This document shows, one piece after another, positions 16,391-27,600 of a DNA stretch of 28,338 nucleotides. The translations under genes and the position numbers were made by a program. This DNA comes from a virus (Duplodnaviria; Caudoviricetes): positions 1 through 28,338 of the IMG/VR virus record IMGVR_UViG_3300037856_000006, one strand, 5' to 3'. Each line of letters begins with the position of its first letter. The first letter of the stretch is position 1. The notes beneath the pieces were generated by a model. It did not search any database, was not told where the DNA came from, and saw nothing but the letters and a program-made list of their open reading frames with translations.

Positions 16391-16726
16391 ATGACCGACG
16401 AAACCAACGAACCTGATGCGCAGGCAAAGCCCCCTGAGGCAGCCAAGCCGAACGATGCCCCGACTGGTGATCAGGCCGAAGGTGCTGGCAACGCCCAACC
16501 TGCTGCTGCGACCAAGCCCAAAGCCAAGCGTGCGCGCAAGGCAAAGCCCCCTGAGGCAGCCAAGCCGAACGCAAAGGGGCCGCTGAAAGGCGTCGTTCCT
16601 GGCGAAAAGCCACCTCTCAATGTGCTGCACACCATGGCGGTGGAAACTTCGCGCGCCCTGGCCAAAGAGAACAACGGCAATGCACGTCAGAGGGCGGCGC
16701 GTCGTCGCCGGGCTAAGGCAGTCTGA
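16391..16726 (+). CDS. Disordered Ala/Pro/Lys-rich protein with C-terminal arginine-rich motif
   Basis: GGAGAG RBS before ATG 16391. Internal AKPPEAAKPN duplication. Ends GNARQRAARRRRAKAV. Confidence 0.75.
   Translation: MTDETNEPDAQAKPPEAAKPNDAPTGDQAEGAGNAQPAAATKPKAKRARKAKPPEAAKPNAKGPLKGVVPGEKPPLNVLHTMAVETSRALAKENNGNARQRAARRRRAKAV
16422..16571 (+). repeat. 33-bp exact direct repeat (2 copies)
   Basis: AGGCAAAGCCCCCTGAGGCAGCCAAGCCGAACG at 16422-16454 and 16539-16571. Confidence 0.95.
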
Positions 16727-16803
16727 TGGCGCTCACCAACGTTCAGATCGCAGCGATTTACAACGCGCGTAAGCGTCGCCGTCGCCGTCGCAAAACATCG
16801 TAG
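16726..16803 (+). CDS. 25-aa poly-arginine peptide MALTNVQIAAIYNARKRRRRRRKTS (not in ORF track)
   Basis: ATG overlaps the upstream TGA (TGATG), TAAGG lies upstream, and the ORF fills the gap to the tail tube gene. Confidence 0.62.
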   Translation: MALTNVQIAAIYNARKRRRRRRKTS

Positions 16804-16812
16804 GGCTTCCCC

Positions 16813-17397
16813 ATGTCATCTCCGGCTTATGTCGTGAACCTTGCGTTCGACCGCATTGGTGAGCGCACTATTGTGAGCCTCGATGATCCTGGCCCAATCG
16901 TTGCGCGCGCAAAGGCGCAGTATTCGCATCAGCGCGATCTGCTCTTGCGTGCGCAGCCTTGGCGCTTTGCCATGGCCCGCGCAGAACTGGCAGCGCTGAG
17001 CGATGCGCCCACCTTTGGATGGGATCGAGCGTTTGAGCGCCCCAGTAACGCGCTGCGCGTCATGCCGCTGACAACCAATGGCGAATATGACGGATTACCG
17101 GTCGAGCATCGCTTTGAAGGCACTCAAATCCTCACCAATGCGACCGCGCCTCTCAAAATTCGCTACGTGCAGCGCGATGTTCCTGAGACCAAGTTCGATC
17201 CGCTGTTCACTGAGCTTTTGGCAATCAACATTGCGCTTCAGCTTTCCTACCGGCTGACAAACAAGCGCTCGCTGGTCGCGGAGTTACGTCAGGAAGCGCG
17301 CGAACTCAGTGCGGGCTTTTTCATCCTTGATGCCATCGAGGGCTCGCACAAGTACGCGCAAGGCGATGAAGTCCTGCAAGCGGGTTACGCGCTGTGA
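16813..17397 (+). CDS. Tail tubular protein A / adaptor (T7 gp11-like)
   Basis: VVNLAFDRIGE..I.SLD, RDLLLRAQPWRFAM.R..L, FDPLFTELLA. Size and position also fit. Confidence 0.88.
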   Translation: MSSPAYVVNLAFDRIGERTIVSLDDPGPIVARAKAQYSHQRDLLLRAQPWRFAMARAELAALSDAPTFGWDRAFERPSNALRVMPLTTNGEYDGLPVEHRFEGTQILTNATAPLKIRYVQRDVPETKFDPLFTELLAINIALQLSYRLTNKRSLVAELRQEARELSAGFFILDAIEGSHKYAQGDEVLQAGYAL

Positions 17398-19142
17398 GCA
17401 TCTTCCTGCAGCAAGCCACGTTTGCACGAGGCGAGATTTCGCCACGTCTGCACTCGCGATCGGACATTGATCACTGGGCGATGTCGCTCAAAAAGTGCGC
17501 CAACTATTTCGTCATGCGCCAAGGCGGTTTGCAAAAACGCACCGGCACCATCTTTGCCGCTGAGGTCAAGGATTCAAGCAAAACCACGAGAATTATTCCT
17601 TATGTCTTCAACGTGGAGCAGGCCTACGTGTTGGAGATGGGCGATCTCTATGTGCGCTACTACGCCAATGGTGGGCAGGTCTTAAATGCCAGCACGCCGG
17701 TTGAGACTGCTTTGCCGTATACTGAAGCGCAGTTGTTCGACGTGCAGTATGCGCAGTCGGCGGATACGGCTTATTTCGTGCATGGCCTGCACGTTCAAGC
17801 TACGCTGAAGCGAACGGGTGCGGCCACGTTCACCTATGCCAGCATGACCTTTACTGACGCGCCCGACCAATGGGGCGCAGACAACTATCCAACCACCGTT
17901 GCGTTCTTCAATGAGCGTCTTGCATTTGCTGCGACACCGAATGAACCGCAGACGATTTGGTTGTCCAAAGCGGGCATTTTGACCGATCACGGAATCTCGG
18001 CGCCGCTCGTGGCTGATGATGCGATTGAGGTGACGATCCTTGCTGGTGAGGTCAACGCGGTGCAGTGGATGGCTGAAGGCCAAGACTTGCTGATTGGCAC
18101 AAACGGAGCGGCGCGCACGCTAGGACCGTCTGATCGCGGCACGGTTTTTTCGGCCATCAACATTCGCCAAAAGCGTCATTCTCGCAAAGGCGCGACCAAC
18201 ATTCAGCCCATTCAGATCGGCAATGTGGCGCTCTATGTGTCGCGCTATGGTGATCGCATCCACGAATACCTCTATTCGTTTGAGGCCGATGGATATGTGG
18301 CGCCAGAGCTTACGGTGCTGTCTGAGCACATTTTGCGCATCGGCGTTGTCGATTGGGCTTATGCGCAAGACCCAGAATCCATTGTTTGGATCGTGCTTGC
18401 AGATGGCCAGGTTGCGGCGTTGACCTATGATCGTGAGCAGCAAATTGTTGGCATCACGCGCCACCAGTTAGGCGGCGACGGTATTGCTGAGAGCGTCGCA
18501 GTCATTCCGGGCGATGAGGCCGATCAGGTTTGGTTCATCGTAAGACGGACCATCAACGGGCAAACCAAGCGCTATATTGAATACCTCGCGCCCCAGCATG
18601 AGCCGGGCGATCCAATCGAAGATGCGCACTATGTGGATTGCGGCTTGATCTACGAAGGTGCAGCGACTTCCGGCGTATCCGGTCTTGACCACTTGGAAGG
18701 TGAGACAGTCACGATCTTGGCCGATGGGGCGGTGTTGCCACCGCAAGTCGTGTCCGGTGGCGCAATCACGCTGCCGGACGGTCGCACGGCTTCCAAAATT
18801 CATGTCGGCCTTGGTTTCAATGCTGAGGGCCAAACACTTCCGGTTGCGGTCAGCCGCGGTGATGGTTCTGGGCTTGGCCGGCCTAAGCGCGTCGCAGGTT
18901 GCCTGGTTGATGTGCTGGATTCCGCGCCTCTGAAGGTAGCTGGGCCAGGCGGCGATTGGGAGCAGACGCACCGTCGCTCTGCCGGCGATCCAATGGGCTC
19001 GCCACCACCACTCAAGACCGGCTTTGCAGAATTGTCGGTGGATTCCTCGTGGGAGGAAAGCGGCGAGATCAGCTTTTTGAGCGATACACCGCTGCCTTCT
19101 GTCATCCGATCGATCACGCTTAATTTGGAGACTACACCGTAA
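17394..19142 (+). CDS. Tail tubular protein B / nozzle (T7 gp12-like)
   Basis: TFARGEISPRL, N..V..QGGLQKRTGT, YPTTVAFFNERLAFA..PQTIWLS, GLDHLEGETV.ILADG. Confidence 0.9.
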   Translation: MSIFLQQATFARGEISPRLHSRSDIDHWAMSLKKCANYFVMRQGGLQKRTGTIFAAEVKDSSKTTRIIPYVFNVEQAYVLEMGDLYVRYYANGGQVLNASTPVETALPYTEAQLFDVQYAQSADTAYFVHGLHVQATLKRTGAATFTYASMTFTDAPDQWGADNYPTTVAFFNERLAFAATPNEPQTIWLSKAGILTDHGISAPLVADDAIEVTILAGEVNAVQWMAEGQDLLIGTNGAARTLGPSDRGTVFSAINIRQKRHSRKGATNIQPIQIGNVALYVSRYGDRIHEYLYSFEADGYVAPELTVLSEHILRIGVVDWAYAQDPESIVWIVLADGQVAALTYDREQQIVGITRHQLGGDGIAESVAVIPGDEADQVWFIVRRTINGQTKRYIEYLAPQHEPGDPIEDAHYVDCGLIYEGAATSGVSGLDHLEGETVTILADGAVLPPQVVSGGAITLPDGRTASKIHVGLGFNAEGQTLPVAVSRGDGSGLGRPKRVAGCLVDVLDSAPLKVAGPGGDWEQTHRRSAGDPMGSPPPLKTGFAELSVDSSWEESGEISFLSDTPLPSVIRSITLNLETTP

Positions 19143-19600
19143 TGTGTGGACCGGCTCTTGGCATTCTCGGCGCCGTTGTATCGGCTGCCGGATCGCTGTT
19201 CTCGGGCATGATGCAAGCCCAAGCGTACAAGGCGCAGGCGGCACAGCATGAGCGCCAGGCACAAATTGAACGAGACCGCGGCATTTTTGAAAGCCAGCGC
19301 GAGCGCGAGCGACACCGCCGCGTCGCAGGCGAGCAACGAGCGGCTTATCTGGCATCGGGTATTGCGCTTGAGGGCACGCCAACAGATGTGATCATCGACT
19401 CCGGGCAAGAAAACGAAATCGACATTCAAACCATCAAATATGGCGCGCAAATCCGGGAGGATAACGAGCGTTTCTCAGCTCAGATGGCGCGCATGAACGC
19501 AGGCCACGCCATGGCCGGTGGGGCCATCGGGGCGCTTTCGCCTCTGATTGGTGGTTTTCGCTCGTTGGGCGGCACGCAGTTGGGGTCTAGGTACGCTTGA
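19142..19600 (+). CDS. Internal virion / ejection protein (T7 gp14-like)
   Basis: MC start plus hydrophobic Gly/Ala N-terminus, GEQRAAYLASGIALEGTP. First of three internal virion genes. Confidence 0.8.
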   Translation: MCGPALGILGAVVSAAGSLFSGMMQAQAYKAQAAQHERQAQIERDRGIFESQRERERHRRVAGEQRAAYLASGIALEGTPTDVIIDSGQENEIDIQTIKYGAQIREDNERFSAQMARMNAGHAMAGGAIGALSPLIGGFRSLGGTQLGSRYA

Positions 19601-21678
19601 TGCGCATTCCAACAACGGAATCACGGCGTGGCCTCGACACAGGGCGCGGCTCTATGCGCACACCGCGCATCAACGATTCCGTGGGCTCTGCGCTGCGCTC
19701 GGTTGGATCGCAGTTGTCCGCCTTAGGCGAGCATTATGCGCGCCAGCAGGAGGCAACGGAAGCTTTGCAGGCGCGGCAAGGGTTCCTGGAATTGCAGAAC
19801 ACGCTGCAACAGGACTACCGCACAACGATGGAGCAGGCGCCCGAAACCGGTGCGGGGGTCTATGACAGTTGGTTTTCGCAGGATGAGACCAATCCCGGCC
19901 TATTCAATCGTCGCGCCGAAGAATTCATTGCCTCACTTCCTGAAAGTCAGCAGGACGAATATCGCATGCGGCTCACCCAGCTTGGTGGGGAGTATGATGA
20001 TACCGTTGCGCGTGACGAGCTGCGCCTGCGTCAGGCGTTTGCAGGCAACGTCATCGAGCAGCAGGTTGAGGCATCAGCCGTTGCGATTGGCCAGAACCCT
20101 GAACTGTTGGACGCTCATGTCGGTGAAGTTGCGAGCCTGATTTCTCAGTCTGGTCTAAGCCGTTCGCAGGCCATGCCGATCATGCGGGCTGCTGAGCAGC
20201 AGCTTGCGCTTGCCGCCGCGCAGGCCGGTGTTCAACAAGACCCCGAAGCGTGGGAAGGCCGCATTGAGCGCCATTTGCAATCCCTGGCGTCGGGGCAAGG
20301 CGGGTCGAATGAGCAGCAGCTTGTTGGTGCTGCTCTGCAAGTGGAGGCTGAATTTGGCATTCCGGCTCAAGACCTTTTGTCGATCATGTCATTTGAGACG
20401 GCAGGCACTCTTGATCCTTGGCAGCGCGGTCCAACAACACAATGGGGCCAGCATCGCGGCTTGATCCAGTGGGGTGAACCACAGCGCCGACAATATGGTG
20501 TTAGTCAGACGAGCACCATTCAAGAACAGGTGGCGGCAGCAGCGCGCTATCTCATGGATCGCGGCTACCAGCCCGGCATGCGCCTTGAAAACATGTATGC
20601 AGCCGTGCTGGCGGGTGATGCCAATCGAACCGGCGTTGGCGATCTCCACAATGGTGGCGTTGCCCGCAGCGCGGCCCATGCGGTTCAAAACCAGTTTGGC
20701 GGTCACATTGCCCGCGCTCAATCTCTCCTTGCCCAGTATGGTCAGGGCGGCGGTGATGGTGATCAAGGTCAGCGTGACCCGGTGCTTGCTCGCATTCAGC
20801 CCAGCCAGTTGCAGGCGTTGCAGGCAGATGCTCGCGACGCCGTTACAGAGGCGCGTCGCGTGTCGGAATATGACGCGACCGTTTTTGAACAGACTGTGCA
20901 GGATAATCTTGCAAGTATCCGAGAAACGGGCAGGCCCATTGAAGGGCTGAACGATGAGGATGTGCTGCGCGCCTTGGGCGAAGAAGAATTTGCGGTGTAT
21001 GAGCGCGAGCGCCAGGGAGCTATGCTCTATCACCGCGCCACCGATGGCATGGAGAGTCTACCAACGGGCGAGATAGAGGCGCGCGTTGACAGCGTGCGCG
21101 CTGAACCAGGCACGCCCGGCTTTGAGTTGGCGGAGACTGTGCGCAGTGAGGTGCAGGAGTACGCCGATACACTTCGCGCTGAGCGTTTGGAGGATCCTGC
21201 GTCTGCTGTTCGCCGCATTCCTGAGATGCGTGAGGCTGAAGAAAACCTTGATCTTGCTGATGCGGCCAGTGTTTCGGCCTTCATCACTGAAAACCTGCGC
21301 TGGCAGTCCGTTCTAGGCATTCCATTTGAATCGCGTGCGCCCATCCCTCGTGCGTGGGCGCGCACTTTGGCTGATGACATCTTGGAGCTTCAGTTTAACG
21401 CGCAGCGCTCCAACAGGCGTCCGGCGGACGCCATGCAATCATCGATTAACAGCATTCGCGCGGTTTTTGGTGATCAACATTCTGAGGCCGTGACCATGAT
21501 GGCGCTGAGCCAAATGACCGGTTCGGACGATTTGGCCAACATTGCGATGAGCCTGTTCCGACAGGTGCGGCGTGGCGATCGTGTGGCACCAGCAACAACC
21601 ACTCAAGCGGAAGATGCCATTGATATGACCACCATCAACCAAGGCTTGGAGCCTTTGGACATGGGGGTCATGCCATGA
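19600..21678 (+). CDS. Internal virion / ejection protein with lysozyme-like (SLT-type) domain
   Basis: Helical Gln/Ala-rich protein with FGIPAQDLLSIMSFETAGT...GLIQW...QEQV.AAARYL...MYAAVLAG at about 20340-20620. Confidence 0.78.
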   Translation: MRIPTTESRRGLDTGRGSMRTPRINDSVGSALRSVGSQLSALGEHYARQQEATEALQARQGFLELQNTLQQDYRTTMEQAPETGAGVYDSWFSQDETNPGLFNRRAEEFIASLPESQQDEYRMRLTQLGGEYDDTVARDELRLRQAFAGNVIEQQVEASAVAIGQNPELLDAHVGEVASLISQSGLSRSQAMPIMRAAEQQLALAAAQAGVQQDPEAWEGRIERHLQSLASGQGGSNEQQLVGAALQVEAEFGIPAQDLLSIMSFETAGTLDPWQRGPTTQWGQHRGLIQWGEPQRRQYGVSQTSTIQEQVAAAARYLMDRGYQPGMRLENMYAAVLAGDANRTGVGDLHNGGVARSAAHAVQNQFGGHIARAQSLLAQYGQGGGDGDQGQRDPVLARIQPSQLQALQADARDAVTEARRVSEYDATVFEQTVQDNLASIRETGRPIEGLNDEDVLRALGEEEFAVYERERQGAMLYHRATDGMESLPTGEIEARVDSVRAEPGTPGFELAETVRSEVQEYADTLRAERLEDPASAVRRIPEMREAEENLDLADAASVSAFITENLRWQSVLGIPFESRAPIPRAWARTLADDILELQFNAQRSNRRPADAMQSSINSIRAVFGDQHSEAVTMMALSQMTGSDDLANIAMSLFRQVRRGDRVAPATTTQAEDAIDMTTINQGLEPLDMGVMP

Positions 21679-24600
21679 GCGATCCACGCATTCAGCAGTT
21701 GACGCAGCGCTTTCGCGAGGAACTGCGCGGCAGCGTGGCCAGTATGATGACGCCCGAAGGAGCCAATGCGCTCCAAGGCGGCGAGGGCGCCGGCATTGAT
21801 GTGCTAGATGCGTCTGAGCAACGCCGAGTGCCAACAATTGAATCGCGTCTGAGTGATGCGTTTCGTGTTGAGCGCGAAGCTATGCTTGCGGCACCGCCAC
21901 CCGCTGCACCAGCCATGCCGGAAGACGATGGCTTTCGTATGCCTTCGGTCGTGAGCGATGTGGGTGAGGGGCTTCTGAACACGCTCATCAATATCCCGCG
22001 TGGTGTGGCCACCACTGTTTCCACCACAATGACTGGTGCCGCGCTCGTGCCGAGTGAGGTCGAGGGTGCGCGATACGAGCGCTTTATTGATCAGCTTCGT
22101 CGTGTGCCCGAAATGGATGAGCGGGAACTTCGGCTTTTGCAAAGCCGCATTGATGCTCTGGAATATGCAGACGGTGGAGCTCAACACCAAGTGCAGTCGG
22201 TTTTTGATCAAATCCGCAATGGCACGCTTGATGCCAGCGAAGCTGATTTTGAAACGCTCTTTGCAAACGTGCCATCCTTCCAGCAGCTTGCCCTCATTCA
22301 AAACGCGCAAGAACTAAACCAATGGGCTGAGCAGATCTTTGCGCCGCGCCCCGGATGGGAAGACCACTACACCACGCAGCTTGGTCAAGGCTTGGGCTCT
22401 GCTGTGGCGTTCATGTCCACGATGCTTCTTCCCGGCGGTGCTGTAACGCGAGTTACTGCCGGTGGTGCAGCCGGTGTTCTGGCAGCGAAAGGTGAGGCCG
22501 CAGAACGGGCTTTGCAAGAAGGCGCGACCGAGATGGAGGTTCTGCAAGCGGTTGGGCTTGCTGCTATCCCCGGCATGACCGAGATGGTGCCGTTTGAATA
22601 CCTTGTTCGTATGCCCGTTTTGCGTGGGGCATTTCTTGGCGCACTGGCCGAGGCTGGTAAGCAGGGCTTGCTGGAAGGCGGGCAGGAAGTCCTCCAAGAA
22701 GTGATGCAAAATGCCATTGAGCGTATGGTCTACAACGAGGATCAGGATTTGCTCGAAGGAGCTGTGACATCGGCTCAAACTGGCGCCGGTGTTGGTGTGA
22801 CGCTGGCGCTGATGAAGCAGTTCATCGGCGGGTTGATTGGTGCTCGGCTTCGAGAGCCCGCGCAGGTGCGGATGGGAGGTGAAACTGTCACGATTGAACC
22901 TGCCAACCAGAGCGAGCCCGGCAGCCCTAATGAGCGGGTCGCTCAAACCTTTGAGCAGGTTCAAAGCCAAGCGACGACGAGTGAACGTGTTGATCAGGCT
23001 TTTGATGACGTTCAGCGCGCTACCCCGCCACAGGCTGAGACGGTCACAACGCCAAGCGGGTCGTTCTCGACAGAAGTGCAATATGAGGTCGTGGAAGCGT
23101 CTGACCTAGTTGCCGCCACCGGTGACTTGCAGCCCCGCGACCGTGAAGATCGGGCCGGAAGCGATTTGCAGGTACAGCGCATCGCGCAAAACCTCGATCC
23201 CGCCCGCCTGGCGTCGAGCACCGAGACAGACCGTGGCGCACCCATTGTGGATGGTGATGGAGTTGTGCTCTCCGGTAATGGGCGCACCGCGGCGATCCGC
23301 GAAGCCTATGCGAGCGATGGCGAGCGTGCGCAGGCCTATCGCGATTATCTGAGTGAGCTTGGGTTCTCGACAGACGGCATGGTGCAGCCGGTTCTTATTC
23401 GGCGTGCGCCATCCTTGTCGCAAGATGAGCGTCTGCTGCTTGCTCGCGACTCCAATTTTGATGACAAATTGGCCATGTCGCTGTCTGAACAGGCCATGGC
23501 CGATCAGGCGCTAATCTCTGCTGACATGCTCGGTCAGATCGATCAGGACATTGAGGCTGGGCTTGCTGCCATGGGCAATCGCGAGTTTATCCGCTCGTTC
23601 CTTGCCGGACTTACGCCAGAGCAGCAGGCATCGTTTCTGAATGCTGATGGCGAGGTGACGCCGGCAGGTACGCGCCGGGTTGAAGCTGCGCTGTTTGCCC
23701 GCGCCTATGGTTCGCCTGATCTTGTGCGCCGCCTGATTGAGAACGAACACGATAAAAGTCTGCGTCATGCCTTGGTCGGCGCTGCACCTGAGTGGGCGCG
23801 GATGCGTGAGACGACGCAGGGCAATGACTTCGACCTGACCGGCAATTTGGTTGAGGCCGTGCGACTTGTGAACCAAGCGCGCGGTAAGGGCATTTCGCTT
23901 GAAGCGCTTGCCGCCCAGGCCGATGCATTTGCTGACATCGACCAGACCGCGCTGCAAATCGGTCGGCTGTTCTATCAGAAGAACGGCAGGCGTTTGGCGC
24001 GCGCTGATCTGATCCGAGATCGGCTTGTTGCCTATGCTCGCGCCGTCAATCGCGAGGGGCAGGCCGTTGGCGATATGTTTGCCGACGAAGCCGCAACGCC
24101 TGATGCGGTCTTGGCCGGTGTTGTAGAGGCCAGCCAAACGGGGCAGCAAAGCCGTTTGGCCGCGCGTGCCGGTAATGGTGAGGCGGAAGTGAGCTTGAGG
24201 CGCGACGAGGCCGGACTGGCGCGACCGCTTAACGATGAATCTGTGGCGCTGCGCGATGTGATCCAGAAATTGGATAAGGCCCTTGGTCTTACCGCTGTGC
24301 GACAAGGTCGCCTGTCTGTCCGGTCGGCTGGCGGCAAGGTGCTCGGTCAATACTCGTGGAACAGCGGCGTCATCCGCGTGCGCAACACGATGGACGTTGA
24401 AACGCTTGCTCACGAGGCGGGCCATGGGTTGCACCAGCGCGCGACCAAAGACCTTGAGCCACTGATGATGCGTCATTCATCGGAACTTGTGCCGCTGGCC
24501 TATGACGGCGTGAAGCCTGCTGACCAGCTTATGGAAGGCTTTGCCGAATGGTTCCGTTTGTTCGTGACCAATCCGGCAGTGGCCACAGCGCGCGCACCCC

Positions 24601-27600
24601 AATTTGAGCAGGCGTTTCTGTCTTGGATGGATCAAACCGATCCTGCCGCCCTGGCAGGCTTGCGTGAGGCGCAGGCGGCGTACACGTCCTATTTGCAGCA
24701 ACCATCCGGGCAGACGGTCGCGGCCAACTTGGCAACAGCGCGTGAGCCGGGCCTGATCGAGCGCATGGTTGAGGCTTACAAGAGCGGCCAGCTTGGCAAT
24801 TCGGCCATGGCCATGGCGGATCGTTTCTACGCCGCCACGATCGACAAAAATGCACCTATCAAACGTATGGTGCAGGACATGGTGTCCATCTACGAGGATC
24901 GCACCGGCAATGCGCTTGAGCTTCGTCGCGCTGACGATCCCTATGTTCTGGCCCGTTTGTCCGAGAACGCCTACCAGCGTGGGCACGCCGATCTGATGCA
25001 TGGCGTCCATGGCTACAAAGAGATCGATGCATCCACGCCATCATGGCGACAAGCGCTGATTACGGCTCATGGGTATGAGCCTGGTCTGTCCGGCAAATGG
25101 AATGACAGCATCGTGCGCGACTTCGGCGCCTATCTTGTGTCGCGTCGGGCCATCCAAGAATACGCCCGATACGAAAAGGGAGAGATTCCGCACCCGCCAA
25201 CCAAAGAGACGCTTGGTGATCATCGCGTCACGGTCGAGGAAATGGAGGCACGGTATCCGAGCTTTGTTGCTGCCGCCGGTGAGATGCACACCTACTTGCG
25301 CGGCCTTCTCTACAAACAATACCGTGCGGGCCTGATCACATCAGAGGCGTATCAGCAGCTTACTGCGCGCCAAGATTATGTGCCGTTTCTGCGCGATGTC
25401 TCGGACAAGGCCAAAGCGGGTGGCAGCGGATCCCCGCGCAATAACGCCAGCAATGGCTTGCAACGCTTTAGAGGGTCGGATCGCGACATTCTGAACCCCG
25501 TCGATACGATCATGGAAATGACCTATCGGGCGAACATGCAGATCGCGCGCAACGATGCCATGAAGTCGCTTGGTCAACTGGCCGATCGTGTCGGTGCCGA
25601 TGCGGGCTCCCTGGTCGAGCGCATCCCCAATTCAGAGATGCAGGCGCAGCAGGTGCGCGTAACCGAGGTTATCAAGCAGGCCGCACGGCAGAACGGCATC
25701 GCTCAGGAAGATGCTGAGATGATGATCATGGCGGCTGATGAGATGTTTGGTGAAGACACGGCATCCATTTTCCGATCCAGCGAGATCAACGAACGCGGCG
25801 AGCCAATTGTCTATTTCTGGGAGAACGGGGAGCGTAAGGCGCTTCGCCTGGCTGATGGCGAGTTTGGTCGTGAGGTCATGGATGCGCTCACCGGCATGAC
25901 GCCACAGATGCTTGAACTGGCCGCAGAGCTTCTAGCGCCAACGTCCGCCGTGTTCCGTGCCGGCATCACCACACACCCAACGTTCATTCTCGCAAACTAC
26001 TTCCGCGATCAGTTACAGGCATGGGCCTTTGGCGAGGGTTACAAGCCATTTGTTGATGGCGCGCGCGGCGTGGTGCAAGAGCTTCGCCAGGGCGACATGT
26101 CACGCATCTACAATCTTTCCGGCTCGATCATGGGCGGAACAGAGGTCTCGGCGCTGAACGTCGCGCGTGTCGAGAAGGACATTAATGCGCTGGCCTCGAA
26201 AGGCTATGCTGTTCAGCGCGTTGGCCGTCGCGGCTTTGCACGCAAGCTGCAAGGCATCCTTGAGATCACAGAGATCACGGAAACCGGCACGCGTTTTGGT
26301 TTGATGCAGGCTACGATGGAGCGCGCCAAGCGTGACGGCCTGTCGGATTGGGAGGCGTTGATCGAGGCCGGATACGCTTCGACCGATTACATGGACTTTG
26401 GCCGGGCTGGGTCGAAGATGATGATTGCGCGCCGCCTCATCACCTTCCTAAACGCCAACTTGCAGGGCCTCGATAAGCTGGTGCGTGTGGTCAGCGGTGG
26501 CGATGCACGCCGGAAGTTGATGAAGAACTGGGCTCGCACCGTGCTCAAAGATCAGGCTGCTATTCCCCTGACGCGCGAGGAACAGCGAGAACTGCGCATA
26601 GCCAAGTCGGCATGGGTGAAGATGGCAGGGTTCGCGGCGTTCAGTGCTGCCCTGATGGCGCTCTATTGGGACGATGAAGAGTTCTGGGAGTTCAGCGATT
26701 ACACCCGCGCCACGCACTGGATGGTCAAGATCGACGGCACATGGCTCGCGCTTCCCAAGCCCTTCCAGTTGGCCGAGATGGCCAATCTGCTGGAACGCAC
26801 AACCGAATATGTTTTCCGCCAGGACGACACCGCCATGCGGCGATATCGCGAGCAGTTTGTGGCAATGAGCTTGCCGCCCACTTCAATCCCGGGTGTTCAA
26901 ACCATTGGGGAATTGACCCTCAATCGAGACTCTTTCCGCGACCGTGCCATTGTGCCCGACTACATGCGCGGTCTGCCGCCGGAGTTGCAGTACACGGCTT
27001 GGAACAGCGAGTTCTCAAAGCGTGTTGGCGGTGCGCTTGGCGTGTCGCCCGCGATGATGGACCATGCCATTCAGGGTTTTGGCGGCTCGTGGGGCCGATC
27101 TCTTCTGCAATGGTCCAACCAAGCGCTTTCCAGCACGCGGCCTGATGCAATTTCACCAATCGAGCCATTGGCTCAGCGTTTCCTGAAAGACCCTCAGCGG
27201 TCATCGCGCGTGCCCGATGATTTTTACACCACGGCCACCAATTTTGAGCAGGGATTTCGACGCTACGAACACCATGTTGAGGCGCAATCGCCAAGCGAAG
27301 CGGCGCAGGCTTTGGGGCGATTGCGTGAGCATGAGCGTGTCTACGCACTGATCAATGAGCATCACGACGTCGATGCCAAGCGGCTGCACCCGATGCGACG
27401 TGCGGCTGATGTTGCGCGAGTGGTGAGCGGAATGCGTCGCGAGATGCTGAACGGCGATCTTGAGAACACGCAGTTTGAAGGCGCGCCTGCCTTTGCTCAA
27501 AGCCCCGCGGTTGAACGGCAAATTTCAACTGTGCTCAGCCGCATTCAGCATCGGGAAATGGCAAATGCGCTTACGATGGTTGGCGAGCGCGGTTATGGCC

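Noticed and set aside
15235-16446. 403-aa antisense ORF over the capsid gene, and similar minus-strand ORFs (18468-19382, 22314-23081, 23511-24476)
   Set aside because: They are shadows of GC-rich, codon-biased plus-strand genes, with no recognisable motifs.
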